Of a stretch of DNA of 64,000 nucleotides, positions 21,137-33,140 are shown in pieces (position 1 is the stretch's first letter; each line of letters starts with the position of its first letter). The notes beneath the pieces are model-generated. The model was not told the DNA's origin. It saw nothing but the letters and a program-made list of their open reading frames with translations, and searched no databases. A program made the translations under genes and the position numbers. This DNA comes from an uncultured Acidimicrobiales bacterium. Lineage in GTDB: Bacteria; Actinomycetota; Acidimicrobiia; Acidimicrobiales; SZUA-35. The stretch covers positions 349,309 through 413,308 of the forward strand of contig CAWDNZ010000004.1 in the NCBI GenBank assembly GCA_963803845.1, given 5' to 3'.

Positions 21137-21162
21137 GTCTAGAAATCCAGGTCTAGAAATCC
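21135..21162. repeat. Exact 14-bp tandem duplication at the junction of convergent stop codons
   Basis: AGGTCTAGAAATCC occurs at 21135 and 21149. Confidence 0.85.
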
Positions 21163-22427
21163 CAGCCCGGTTGGGGGGTAGGGAGGTGCCCGGTGAGACT
21201 GTCCATCCGCTCAGCCGTCTCCGCGGTGCACGCGAATTCGCCCATCGCCAGAAGGGTCGATGCCGGAAGCACCCCGAGCCACCAGCGAGTGAGCGAGTTC
21301 ACCGTGGTCTCCAGGTCAATCGGTTCGTCGCCGGTCACCCGCTCAACGGTGTGAGTGGCACCGAAACTCAGACTCCACGTTCCGCCAACACCGTTCCAGT
21401 CGCCGTCATAGCCACTGTCCACCAGGTGTGCTTCCACCGGGTCGTTGACCTTCACGACTACCGAGAAACTGTCATCCACGGCGTGAATAGCCCTGATGCA
21501 CGCCGGGAGATCAACAATCCGAGCCTGCCACCAGGCGTCAGCTTCGATGCGTAACGCCCCTGTTTGACTTCCTCGAGTCCGGCGAAACTGCGCCCCCGGG
21601 TCGACGATGAAATCTTGAAGCTGCAACCAGACCGGCTCGGTGAGCCGCAGCACGTCCACTTGATCGCCCCACTCCTGGATCAATCGAAGGAGTTCAAGAC
21701 ACTGTTCCCGGGTCTGATACGCCCATTGGGTGATTCGGTCCGGTCCGTGCTCGCCCGTGGTCACAATCGCCATGAAATGCGAGATATGACCGTCGGTTCG
21801 GTAGCCGTAGATCGCGATATCGCCATCCACTCGCATCCCGGCCGCCGTCAACCGCTCGCCGCCGATGACAACACCACCGTGAGCATCCAATCGGGAGGTC
21901 ATGGCGGTGTGAAGCTCCTCGCTGTCGACGTCCAACTCCAGGCGTTCCGGGGCTCGATAGTCGGCCGGGATCGCAAGGGCCCCGGGGTAGATCCAGGCAT
22001 GATTCTCATAGGGTCCCGTGCCGAAACCGAAACGGTCATAAAAGCCCTGGTCGAACATTCCCAGCATCGCCACAACGCACCCTTCGTCAGCCAAGTGCGC
22101 AACGGTGCGAGCAGTCAAGCGGGAGGCTAACCGCCGCCGCCGGGCGATCCGGCTGGTGGTCACCGCCGTAACGCAGCCAAGCGAGAGCAACGACTGGTCG
22201 TATCGAACCGTGCCGAGGGCTCGATGCACCGCGCACTCTGCGCTCCCGTCGATCAAGCCCACGACCGTGCGACCGTCGTTCGCTTTGAAATACTCCGAAA
22301 TCCGTTCCTTCTGGTCGTCCTCGTTGTCCCACCATCCAGTTTCGGACCAAGTCCTCAGCACCGACTCGATGTCTCGGTCGAAGTCGAATGGGACCAGGTG
22401 CGAGCCCGGGATCGTTTGGCGGTCCAT
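21153..22427 (-). CDS. Eis-like GNAT acetyltransferase with C-terminal SCP2-like domain
   Basis: VTAVTT..ARRRRLAS, FDQGFYDRFGF; TACTAT-N7-ATG. Confidence 0.72.
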   Translation of the reverse strand: MDRQTIPGSHLVPFDFDRDIESVLRTWSETGWWDNEDDQKERISEYFKANDGRTVVGLIDGSAECAVHRALGTVRYDQSLLSLGCVTAVTTSRIARRRRLASRLTARTVAHLADEGCVVAMLGMFDQGFYDRFGFGTGPYENHAWIYPGALAIPADYRAPERLELDVDSEELHTAMTSRLDAHGGVVIGGERLTAAGMRVDGDIAIYGYRTDGHISHFMAIVTTGEHGPDRITQWAYQTREQCLELLRLIQEWGDQVDVLRLTEPVWLQLQDFIVDPGAQFRRTRGSQTGALRIEADAWWQARIVDLPACIRAIHAVDDSFSVVVKVNDPVEAHLVDSGYDGDWNGVGGTWSLSFGATHTVERVTGDEPIDLETTVNSLTRWWLGVLPASTLLAMGEFACTAETAERMDSLTGHLPTPQPGWDF

Positions 22428-22475
22428 TTGGTCAATAGTAGGTACGACATTCCCAGAGGGCATACGATTTCGAGC

Positions 22476-24359
22476 ATGCAGACGGTTCGACTGACCACTA
22501 CCCAGGCCATCGTCCGATGGATGATCGCTCAAAGCACGCTCCTGAGCGATGGGACCCAAGCCCCGCTGTTCCCGGGGATCTTTGCCATTTTCGGTCACGG
22601 CAACGTCACCTGTTTGGGTCACGCTCTGGAACAAGCCGGGGATGACCTTCCCACGTGGCGAGGCCAGAACGAGCAAGGAATGGCGCTGGCGGCGGTGGCC
22701 TACAACAAAGCGCAGAAGGGTCGCCAGATCATGGCAGCCACATCATCGGTGGGTCCCGGTGCCACCAATATGGTCACCGCTGCAGCCGTGGCGTCATCCA
22801 ACCGTCTTCCGTTGCTCCTGTTCAGCGGCGATTCGTTCGTCAGCCGGATCCCTGACCCCGTACTCCAACAGGTGGAGCAGTTCCACGCACCGAGCATCAC
22901 GGTCAACGATTCGTTCAAAGCGGTCACCACGTTCTGGGACCGCATCACTCACCCCGCCCAAGTAGTGCAGTCATTGCCAGCCGCCGTGTCCCGAATGCTG
23001 GACCCGGCCACCCGTGGCCCTGCCTTCATCGGGCTCCCCCAGGACGTTCAAGCCGAGGCATACGACTATCCGGAACGTTTCTTTGAAGCGACCGTGCACG
23101 AGGTCCCCCGCCCGCGGCCCGACGTAAGCGAGATAGTGGAAGCTGCCCGGCTGATCAATGGTGCCCAAAAACCACTGATCATCGCCGGCGGAGGGGTGCA
23201 CTATTCGGTCGCCGAAGCCCTACTCCGAGACTTCGCCTCCAAACGAGGCATTCCGGTGGTGGAGACCGTGGCGGGCAAGACCAGCTTCCTCGGCGACGAC
23301 CCCAGCTACATAGGTCCGATTGGTGTAACCGGTTGCACGGCCGCCAATGACCTGGCCGCCGAAGCCGACGTTGTGATCGCCGTCGGCTGCCGTCTGCAAG
23401 ACTTCACCACGGGATCATGGACAGTGTTCACAAATGAGAACACCGTGTTCGTGAATGTCAACACCACCCGATTCGATGCCATCAAGCATCGGTCCGTCCC
23501 GGTGGTGGGCGATGCCCGCGAAACGCTCCACGAACTCCAAGGCCTCACCGCGGGCTATGCGGCTCCCACCGCTTGGACCGAATTGGCCGCCGAGAAGAAA
23601 GCCGGCTTCCGCGACTACCTGGACCTCATCGGCAGCGCACCCGCTGAGGGCGAGACGCTCAGCTACGCCCAGGTGGTACGAGCGGTGAACGATTTGGCAA
23701 CCGATGAGGATGTCTGCCTTGCGGCCGCTGGTGGTTTCCCCGGCGAGGTGAACAACGGCTGGTGGGCCAAAGGCATAGGCACGTTTGATTGTGAGTACGG
23801 GTTCTCGTGCATGGGGTATGAGATCGCCGGAGGCTGGGGCGCGTCCATGGCCCAACAGGCTCGCGGCAGCGGCAGCGACGGCGACGTGTTCGTGTTCGTT
23901 GGCGACGGCAGTTACCTCATGATGAACAGCGACCTGTACTCCTCGGTACTCACCGGTCACAAAATGATCGTGCTCATGTGCGACAACGGCGGTTTCGCCG
24001 TGATCAATCGCCTTCAGACCGGGCAGGGTGGTGAGCCGTTCAACAACCTGCTCAGCGACACTCGACGCGGTGGGGTCGCCGCAGAGGATTTGGTGAAGGT
24101 GGACTTCGCGGCCCACGCCCGGTCCATGGGGGCCAACGCCGAGAACGTTTCCACCATCGCCGAACTCAAAGCGGCCGTGGCACAAGCTCGCACGGCCGAC
24201 CGCACCACGGTGATCGTGAGCGAGGTGGACCCCTACACCTGGACCGAGGGCGGCTCGTTCTGGGAGGTCGGTGTCCCCGAGGTCTCAGTGAAGCAGAGCG
24301 TGATCGACGCCCGGGCCAGTATGGACAAAGGCAAGTCCGACCAACGGGTGGGCTGGTAG
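22476..24359 (+). CDS. iolD: 3D-(3,5/4)-trihydroxycyclohexane-1,2-dione acylhydrolase
   Basis: RLTTTQA, IFGHGNV, NEQGMA, PDPVLQQ, EYGFSCMGYEIAG, GDGSYLM, INRLQ. Confidence 0.93.
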   Translation: MQTVRLTTTQAIVRWMIAQSTLLSDGTQAPLFPGIFAIFGHGNVTCLGHALEQAGDDLPTWRGQNEQGMALAAVAYNKAQKGRQIMAATSSVGPGATNMVTAAAVASSNRLPLLLFSGDSFVSRIPDPVLQQVEQFHAPSITVNDSFKAVTTFWDRITHPAQVVQSLPAAVSRMLDPATRGPAFIGLPQDVQAEAYDYPERFFEATVHEVPRPRPDVSEIVEAARLINGAQKPLIIAGGGVHYSVAEALLRDFASKRGIPVVETVAGKTSFLGDDPSYIGPIGVTGCTAANDLAAEADVVIAVGCRLQDFTTGSWTVFTNENTVFVNVNTTRFDAIKHRSVPVVGDARETLHELQGLTAGYAAPTAWTELAAEKKAGFRDYLDLIGSAPAEGETLSYAQVVRAVNDLATDEDVCLAAAGGFPGEVNNGWWAKGIGTFDCEYGFSCMGYEIAGGWGASMAQQARGSGSDGDVFVFVGDGSYLMMNSDLYSSVLTGHKMIVLMCDNGGFAVINRLQTGQGGEPFNNLLSDTRRGGVAAEDLVKVDFAAHARSMGANAENVSTIAELKAAVAQARTADRTTVIVSEVDPYTWTEGGSFWEVGVPEVSVKQSVIDARASMDKGKSDQRVGW

Positions 24360-24372
24360 ACGCAAAGCCAGG

Positions 24373-24954
24373 GTGCCTCAAGGGGACTTGACCGGAAGAT
24401 CGTGGTTAGCGATCGCCGTCGTCGGGTCGTCGGGGTCCGGGAAGACCACCCTCGCCCGGCAGCTATCACAGGTCCTGGACCTCTACCACATCGAATTGGA
24501 CGCGCTCTACCACCTTCCCGATTGGCAACACCGAAGCGCAGAGGAGTTCACGGCGGTCATCCAAGACTCTTTCGATGCCAGCAAGGAGAAGGGATGGGTG
24601 ATGTGCGGTGGTTATGACACGGTCGCGGGGCCGCTCCGAGATGCACACGCAAACACCATCATCTGGCTCCACCTTCCACGCCGGACCGTTCTGACACGGC
24701 TTATTTTGCGTACGATCCGAAGGGGAATCACCCGTGAAGAACTATGGAATGGGAATCGCGAGTCCGTCTCCGGCCTTATCCACCCAAATCCAGACAAAAA
24801 CGTAGCGCTCCATGCGATGCTCAGCTTTGCACGGCGACGCTCACTCTACGAAGCCAAGATCCATACCGGAGAGTGGGCCCGAAAGAATGTGATCATCCTC
24901 CGCTCCCCCGGCGAAGTGGAAAGCTTCGTAGCCGGCATCAGCGGTCAGCTGTAG
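24373..24954 (+). CDS. Adenylate-kinase-like P-loop protein (FlaR-like)
   Basis: VGSSGSGKTTLA, IELDAL, ELWNGNRES. Confidence 0.78.
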   Translation: MPQGDLTGRSWLAIAVVGSSGSGKTTLARQLSQVLDLYHIELDALYHLPDWQHRSAEEFTAVIQDSFDASKEKGWVMCGGYDTVAGPLRDAHANTIIWLHLPRRTVLTRLILRTIRRGITREELWNGNRESVSGLIHPNPDKNVALHAMLSFARRRSLYEAKIHTGEWARKNVIILRSPGEVESFVAGISGQL

Positions 24955-26702
24955 CCGATCCACTTCAAGAACTTCCTCCTGGGCCAGGTGTTGACCACGA
25001 GTTCCCGGGGAGCCCAGCCCCGTTGCGCAGTCTTCACGCCGTACTCCATGCGGCCAAGCTCGGAGGTGTGGTGACTGTCGGTGTTGATCACCAACTTCAC
25101 ACCCCGCTCCACCGCCTTGCGGACCACGTCTGACGCGGCGTCCAGCCGTTGCAGGGCACCGTTGACCTCAAGTGCCTTATCGAACTGGAACAACGCCTCC
25201 AGCACCACGTCTACATCGATCTCGATGCCGGGCCGCCGCCCGATGTAGCGGCCGGTGAGATGACCGATCGAGTTCACGGTGGGATCCGAGATCGCGGCCA
25301 CGAGGCGCTCGGTCTGCTGCCGGACACTCTGGTCATAGTGAGAGTGAACCGAGGCCACCGTGTAGTCGAACTGGGATCGGAAATCATCTTCGTAGTCCAA
25401 CCCGCCCTTGGCACCGATGTTCAGCTCACAGCCCCAGAGCACGGTCATCTGGGGATGAGCCTTGGCGGCCTCGATGATGTGTTCCCTGTGCTCCAGCATC
25501 TCCTCCGCCGACGAACCATTGATCGCTAAGTCTTCGCCGTGGTCGGTGATCGCCAGATACTCATATCCCCGTCCGGCTGCCTCGGCGATCATGTCCTCCA
25601 CCGATGAGCGGCCATCGCCGGAGCGGTCGGTGTGATAGTGAAGGTCGCCGCGCATGTGCGCCACCTGCACCAGATCTGGCAACTCGTCGGCAATCGACGC
25701 TTCCACCTCGCCGGTGTTCTCCCGCATCACGGGCGGAACGTAGGCCATGTCCAGCGCCGCATAGATGCTCTCTTCGTCCAAGGCCGCCACCACTTCGGGC
25801 TCCCCGGGCTCCTGGCCTTCTTCGACCTCGGGCTTCCGCAGCAAACCGTACTCGTTGAGGAGCAAACCTCGATCCAAAGCCCGCTGCCGCATAGCGATGT
25901 TGTGCGCCTTGGAGCCGGTGAAGTAAAGCGTTGCGGCACCGAACTGCTCGGCGCCAACAACCCGCACGTCCACCTGCATTCCCTCCCTGGTGAGGAACGA
26001 TGTCTTGGTGTCGCCACTCAAGATGACCTCGTGAACCGCACGCTGACTGCGCACGATCGCCATCACCGCCGGCCCATCGGCGCTGGCCACCGTGATGTCC
26101 ACATCGCCGATCGTTTCGCTCATTCGGCGAAGGCTGCCGCAGTACTCCGCCCGCTCCACAACATCATGGGAGAGCAGTTCATCCACCAGTTTTTGCGCCA
26201 AGGGAAGGGCTTCACCGATCGGCCGTCGCCGATCCTTCCCGCTCAAACCCAACCGTTCGATCGCCGTGCCAATCTTTTCCTCGGCCTTCTTGCCCAGCCC
26301 TTTCAGGTCCCGAAGTTTTTCGTCGGCGATCGCCTGCTTCAGATCCTCGAGATTGGCGATGCCGAGCTCTCTGCGCATCAGGGTGAGCGTCTTGGGGCCA
26401 ACACCGGGAATTCGGCTCAGCTCCACCACCGGAGGTGGAAACTCGGCTCGCAGCGCTTCCAGCTTCTCCACCTGGCCGGTGTCCATGAACTCGCGAATCT
26501 TGCCAGCCGTGGACTTCCCGATGCCTTTGATCTTGGTGAGCTCGGTGGCCGACAGCTGGGTAACGTCCCGACCGTCGGCCTGAATTGCCTGCTTGGCATT
26601 CTCATAGGCCCGCACCTTGAAACTCTGCGGACTTCCTTCTTGGAGCGTGGTGAGTTGAGCCAGTTCGTCGAGGAGATCAAGAACGTCGCGAGTGGAAGCC
26701 AT
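24945..26702 (-). CDS. polX: DNA polymerase X with PHP domain
   Basis: KVRAY, GSLRR..ETIGDVD, VDVR, YFTGSKAHN, LNEYGL, GDLHYH, TDH, NTDSH. Confidence 0.95.
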   Translation of the reverse strand: MASTRDVLDLLDELAQLTTLQEGSPQSFKVRAYENAKQAIQADGRDVTQLSATELTKIKGIGKSTAGKIREFMDTGQVEKLEALRAEFPPPVVELSRIPGVGPKTLTLMRRELGIANLEDLKQAIADEKLRDLKGLGKKAEEKIGTAIERLGLSGKDRRRPIGEALPLAQKLVDELLSHDVVERAEYCGSLRRMSETIGDVDITVASADGPAVMAIVRSQRAVHEVILSGDTKTSFLTREGMQVDVRVVGAEQFGAATLYFTGSKAHNIAMRQRALDRGLLLNEYGLLRKPEVEEGQEPGEPEVVAALDEESIYAALDMAYVPPVMRENTGEVEASIADELPDLVQVAHMRGDLHYHTDRSGDGRSSVEDMIAEAAGRGYEYLAITDHGEDLAINGSSAEEMLEHREHIIEAAKAHPQMTVLWGCELNIGAKGGLDYEDDFRSQFDYTVASVHSHYDQSVRQQTERLVAAISDPTVNSIGHLTGRYIGRRPGIEIDVDVVLEALFQFDKALEVNGALQRLDAASDVVRKAVERGVKLVINTDSHHTSELGRMEYGVKTAQRGWAPRELVVNTWPRRKFLKWIGYS

Positions 26703-26713
26703 GGGATCGTGCG

Positions 26714-27199
26714 TCAGCCGATCATCGAGCGAAGCATCCAAGCAGTCTTTTCGTGCTGCTGCAGGCGCTGGGTGAGGATGTCGGCAGTGGATTCGTCGCG
26801 GGCCTCATCGGCAAGTGGAAAAACCGACCGGGTGGTTCGGGCACACGCCTCGTGACCGGCCACCAGGTCCGCCAGCATGTTCTCGGCGGTCGGCGGAACG
26901 TCGGAACTCTCGTCGATCACCGTCCGTTCCGCGAACTGGCGGTACGAGCCAGGGGCGAACTCGCCGAGACTGCGGATTCGTTCAGCCAGGAGATCAACGG
27001 CAATCCACAGCTCGTTGTACTGCACCTCGAACATGAGATGGAGAGTGTTGAACAGCGGGCCGGTGACGTTCCAGTGGTAGTTGTGGGTCTTTAGGTACAG
27101 GGTGTAGGTGTCGGCGAGCACTCGACCAAGGCCTTCGGCGATCGCTTTACGCTCGTCCTCTGGGATTCCGATATCGATGGGATGAGTTGAGTGGGCCAT
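26714..27199 (-). CDS. dps: Dps DNA-protecting ferritin-like protein
   Basis: [40 protein letters not shown]. Confidence 0.96.
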   Translation of the reverse strand: MAHSTHPIDIGIPEDERKAIAEGLGRVLADTYTLYLKTHNYHWNVTGPLFNTLHLMFEVQYNELWIAVDLLAERIRSLGEFAPGSYRQFAERTVIDESSDVPPTAENMLADLVAGHEACARTTRSVFPLADEARDESTADILTQRLQQHEKTAWMLRSMIG

Positions 27200-27306
27200 G
27201 CCCCAACGATAGGCAGTGGCGGCGAGATTCGGATAGTTGACAGGAGTGCCGCAACTAACAGCGGGCGCGTCTCACTTCGATCGGCGATACCGGGCAGAAT
27301 GGTGGA

Positions 27307-27888
27307 GTGGCCGAGAGCAGAGAGTCCCCTTCACCCCCGACTGGGCCGACCTCTGACGCCGTTGAGGTTCCCAAGATCGGATTCTTGCAGTACGGGCTGA
27401 TCGGGGCGGGTCTGATCGTTGCGCTACTCATGTTGATTCTGGCCAGTGTCTATTCCGGCAGCGGCAACTCTGACCCGGTCTTCACCGGCGGACCCGTGGA
27501 TGGCGGCGGCAATCGAGACAGTGAAACCCTGGGAACCGAAGAGCTGGACATCAACCCCGTTGAAGCATTTCTTCCCGCCACTGGTAAAGGCGCAACCTGC
27601 ACCGAGGCCGTAGGGGTGGACTTGATCGCCGGCTTCTCCGCTCTGCTCACGATCAACGGTGTGGAAATCGCTCAGGAAGACATGAACGGCTTCGGCCTCA
27701 ACGCTCAGGGAGTCCGGGTGAACGTTGCCGGAAGCTCGTTGGGCGAATTCACGTGGGGCCCCGAAGAGGGATGCCCCAACGGTCAAGTGCTTCGGCCCCA
27801 GAACAACCAGCTCGAAGTCTGCGTCTACCGCAACACCGACGGCCCGGACTCGTGCCGCACAATCGTCCACACCTTCGACGCTCTCTAA
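27307..27888 (+). CDS. Membrane-anchored exported hypothetical protein
   Basis: One N-terminal TM helix and four Cys in the exported part. Confidence 0.65.
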   Translation: MAESRESPSPPTGPTSDAVEVPKIGFLQYGLIGAGLIVALLMLILASVYSGSGNSDPVFTGGPVDGGGNRDSETLGTEELDINPVEAFLPATGKGATCTEAVGVDLIAGFSALLTINGVEIAQEDMNGFGLNAQGVRVNVAGSSLGEFTWGPEEGCPNGQVLRPQNNQLEVCVYRNTDGPDSCRTIVHTFDAL

Positions 27889-27892
27889 CACT

Positions 27893-28077
27893 GGTTCCGC
27901 TCGCCTTCGCTCGTTCCTCGCTCCCGGGTCGCTCCACGCTCGCTCCGCTCGACCAATACACAACGCCAGCCCAGCTGCTCCGTCCCTCCGCAGCCTGACC
28001 TCGCTCGCCTTCGCTCGTTCTGCAGTCAATGGCGCCCGGTCAGCGGGCGCAGCTGACTGCAGATAGCGAAAAGCGGG
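27893..28077. repeat. REP-like CGCTC-rich element with a long hairpin (possible bidirectional terminator)
   Basis: GCTCGCCTTCGCTCGTTC occurs at 27899 and 28003; CTGCAGTCA (28020) pairs with TGACTGCAG (28054); it lies between convergent genes. Confidence 0.6.
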
Positions 28078-30111
<2,034 letters not shown>

Positions 30112-30192
30112 CTAGCGAAGGGCAGTGACAGCTCGCAGGGGGTTGCGTTGCTGTTCCGGTAGCACGAGAAGCCTGGTGCCGGTGGCAGACTC

Positions 30193-31110
30193 TTGGCCGT
30201 GGGTGCCACCGGACAAACCTCTCTTCCCGCCTCGTTGCTGGACCGACTTCGCCTCTGGCCGGCTCGCATCTCGTGGTTTCTCCTACCTCTACTTGTGGGA
30301 GGGGCGTTGAGCGCCGGTCTCGACGCTGCCGACAGCGCGGTTCAGATCACGGCCGGGGTGCTGTTGTGGGCGGCATGGTTCATGGGTTTCGTTGCATTGC
30401 TCGCGCCCTCCACCATGAGTCTCACGGTGTATCGGGTACTGGCACCGGTGCCCCTGGTAGCGCTCAGCACGGTCTTGATCGGCGGCAGTGGAGTTTCGGC
30501 CGGGCAGGCCACGGTGGCGGCGACGGCGAGTGCGGCCGCATTGGGTTTGGCCTTCCTCCCGGTCACCGGCGATGAAATGGTGAACGGTTCGGCATACGGA
30601 CCCGAACGACGGTTGGCGCTCCGCCCGCCCGCCTCCCTTCTACTGGGCCCAATCCTCGTGGCCTGGGTTCTCATGGTGTCTACAACGGTCGCCGGGCCGC
30701 TGCTACTGGCCAGCCAACGGTGGTTTCTCGGCGTCCCCGTAACGGCTGCGGCAGGATTCCTGGTCTATCGAGGCGGCAAGTCGTTGCATCAATTGGCTCG
30801 GCGCTGGATCGTCTTCACCCCCGCCGGCTTCGTGATCCACGACTACTTCGTTTTGGCTGAAAGCATCCTCTTGCGCCGTCAGGACATTGCCGCCCTCGGT
30901 CCAGCGCCGGCCGAGCCGAGAGGCACGATCGACCTATCGGCAGGGGCGATCGGTTTGGCGCTCCAGGTGGAGTCCAAGGACCCGATCAATATCGCCGTCC
31001 GCGATGGCCGCAACGTAACGACTGTCGACACGATTCGAATGATCTTCTCACCAACGCTGCCCGGTCAGCTTCTGCGCGAGGCACGCGTACGCGGCATCAA
31101 GATCTCCTAG
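30193..31110 (+). CDS. Multi-pass membrane hypothetical protein
   Basis: About 6 TM segments, NGSAYGPERR, LARRWIVFTPAGFVIHD; start uncertain. Confidence 0.72.
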   Translation: MAVGATGQTSLPASLLDRLRLWPARISWFLLPLLVGGALSAGLDAADSAVQITAGVLLWAAWFMGFVALLAPSTMSLTVYRVLAPVPLVALSTVLIGGSGVSAGQATVAATASAAALGLAFLPVTGDEMVNGSAYGPERRLALRPPASLLLGPILVAWVLMVSTTVAGPLLLASQRWFLGVPVTAAAGFLVYRGGKSLHQLARRWIVFTPAGFVIHDYFVLAESILLRRQDIAALGPAPAEPRGTIDLSAGAIGLALQVESKDPINIAVRDGRNVTTVDTIRMIFSPTLPGQLLREARVRGIKIS

Positions 31111-31280
31111 CCGGCGCCAACAACACAGCAAGGCGAACTGGCAGCACAGGTTCGCGGTAGCGCGATCCTCGGCTGCCACAACGACCGAAGTGATCGCTCC
31201 TCCGGCATCATTGGGGCATGACTGGGAAGGACATATTGCAATCGGCTCGGTGCCACGCCGTCTACTTAGCGGGGGGCCAG

Positions 31281-31631
31281 ATGCGGCCAAAGATCGTCAC
31301 CAAGATCATCTTTCCCGTGAAAGACATGACCGAAGCCACTGCTTTCTACGAGTCACTCGGGTTCGAGGTCAAGATGTACGACGACGGCTACGCCTGGATC
31401 CACAATGAGGACGGCGAGCTGTTCCACCTCGCCCTTCGGCCGGAACTCGACCCGTCAGAAAATGCCGCTGCTGGCTACTTCCACGTCTCCGATGTGGACG
31501 CCTGGCACAAACAAATCAGCGCCGGCCACGCGCAGACCAGCTCGCTGGATGACACCGACTGGAACATGCGAGAGTTCTCGATCAAGGATCCCAGCGGCAA
31601 CCTGCTTCGTTTCGGCTCGAACCTCGACTAG
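31281..31631 (+). CDS. VOC/glyoxalase/bleomycin-resistance family protein
   Basis: AFYESLGF, YFHVSDVD, WNMREFSIKDPSGNLLRF. Confidence 0.88.
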   Translation: MRPKIVTKIIFPVKDMTEATAFYESLGFEVKMYDDGYAWIHNEDGELFHLALRPELDPSENAAAGYFHVSDVDAWHKQISAGHAQTSSLDDTDWNMREFSIKDPSGNLLRFGSNLD

Positions 31632-31654
31632 CGCCGCCAACTGGCAGCCCAGAA

Positions 31655-31689
31655 TCGCGCCAGCGACATAACATTCGCGCCAGCGACAT
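31655..31689. repeat. 15-bp direct repeat, 20-bp period
   Basis: TCGCGCCAGCGACAT occurs at 31655 and 31675, between convergent stop codons. Confidence 0.75.
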
Positions 31690-31691
31690 CT

Positions 31692-33089
31692 TCAGCTGCC
31701 ACCAAGGGCGGGGAAGCGAGGGGTGGCGGAGGTAGGCGTCAGCTCAACCTGCAGGTAACCATGAGTGAGCTGAGCCATGGTGACCGCAGGTGACACGAAC
31801 GGCAGGAACGGCAGGTATCGAGCAAACTCCTCGGGGAAAACCGAGCTCAGCGGCGGAGCCATCCACTCGGGAATGCCCGGGGCGAACTCCATCTCCATCG
31901 CGGCATGAAGGTCTCCGCTCACGATGAATGGATTGGGCGCGTTCGAGAGTATGGCGAGGAGCTGCTGCTGGTCGGAGGGATGGGCTTCGAAAGCGTAGGG
32001 CGGGAGGACGTCTTCAACCTCAAGGGACGACGCGATCACGGGACTGCACACCATGGTGTGAACCCGATCGTGCTGGGCAGCCTCGGCCAGCCAGGCCAGT
32101 TGGTCGGCGCCGAGCACGGTGTCGCGGTCCAGATACTGCCGACAGTCCAGCAACAGCAGTCGGGCCAACCCGCCCACGTCCAGTGAGCGGTAAACGGTGA
32201 GTCCCTCCGGGGTTGGTCGAGGTAGTCGGGTTGGCGTGTGTTCCCACCACGCCTGGTAGGCAGCAGCCCGTCGGCTCGGGTCAACGTTTCGGTTGTAGTC
32301 ATTCCTCACCTCGTGATCGTCCCAAGTGAAGACCCACGGGTGAGCTGCGGAACTGGCCCGCAATCGCTCATCGCCGCGGTAGGTGTTGTAGAGCTCCCGA
32401 TAGTCATCCACCAAGCGGGTGTCGCTGCGTTCGTAAATGAAGTCACCGAGCCAGACCACCATGTCCACGGTCTGGTCTGCCGCAAGGTCCAAATGCCAGT
32501 CCCAGAATTCCAAGTGTGCCCGCGACTGGCACGAGCTGACGGCCAGCCCGAACCGCCCAGGCAGTTCACCAGGCGCGGGCATCGTTCTTGTGTGACCTAC
32601 CGGCGAAGTCTGATCGTGGGTTCGAAAGCGATACCAGAACTGGCGGCCAGAAGAGAGCCCGGACACGATCGCCCGGGTAGTGAACGCATCGTCCGGTGAG
32701 GCGTCCACCAAACCGCTGCCGACCACCTCGGTGAAAGCCTCGTCAAGCGATATGTCGTAGGCCAGCGAAACGGGATCGACAGACCCTGCGACGGGGAACA
32801 CTTTGGTCCACAACACCACGCTCTGGTGGTCTGGGTCACCGCTCGCCACGCCGAGGCCGAACGCCGCCGCCAACAACTCAACGCCAGAAGCCGGAACCAC
32901 AACGGGCGTCACCAAATCGACCACGGGGGCCACGGAGGATGAGGTAGTCGAAGAAGGAGCCGTCGTTGGCTCAACCGGAGACGATGTCTTGGCCGTAGTT
33001 GACGGGCCGGCAGCATCCTCCGGCGTCTCCGACGAGCAGGCTGCCGCTACCAATGCGGCCGTAGCGGCGATGAAGTCACGACGGCGCAT
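31692..33089 (-). CDS. phoD: PhoD alkaline phosphatase, Tat-exported lipoprotein
   Basis: MRRRDF...LVAAAC signal; GVASGDP, SSCQ, LGDFIYE, WDDHE, SGDLH. Confidence 0.88.
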   Translation of the reverse strand: MRRRDFIAATAALVAAACSSETPEDAAGPSTTAKTSSPVEPTTAPSSTTSSSVAPVVDLVTPVVVPASGVELLAAAFGLGVASGDPDHQSVVLWTKVFPVAGSVDPVSLAYDISLDEAFTEVVGSGLVDASPDDAFTTRAIVSGLSSGRQFWYRFRTHDQTSPVGHTRTMPAPGELPGRFGLAVSSCQSRAHLEFWDWHLDLAADQTVDMVVWLGDFIYERSDTRLVDDYRELYNTYRGDERLRASSAAHPWVFTWDDHEVRNDYNRNVDPSRRAAAYQAWWEHTPTRLPRPTPEGLTVYRSLDVGGLARLLLLDCRQYLDRDTVLGADQLAWLAEAAQHDRVHTMVCSPVIASSLEVEDVLPPYAFEAHPSDQQQLLAILSNAPNPFIVSGDLHAAMEMEFAPGIPEWMAPPLSSVFPEEFARYLPFLPFVSPAVTMAQLTHGYLQVELTPTSATPRFPALGGS

Positions 33090-33140
33090 CCCCTCAGGGT
33101 CGCACATCGACGGTGCCTGTCCCAGGGCATACTGTCTAAG

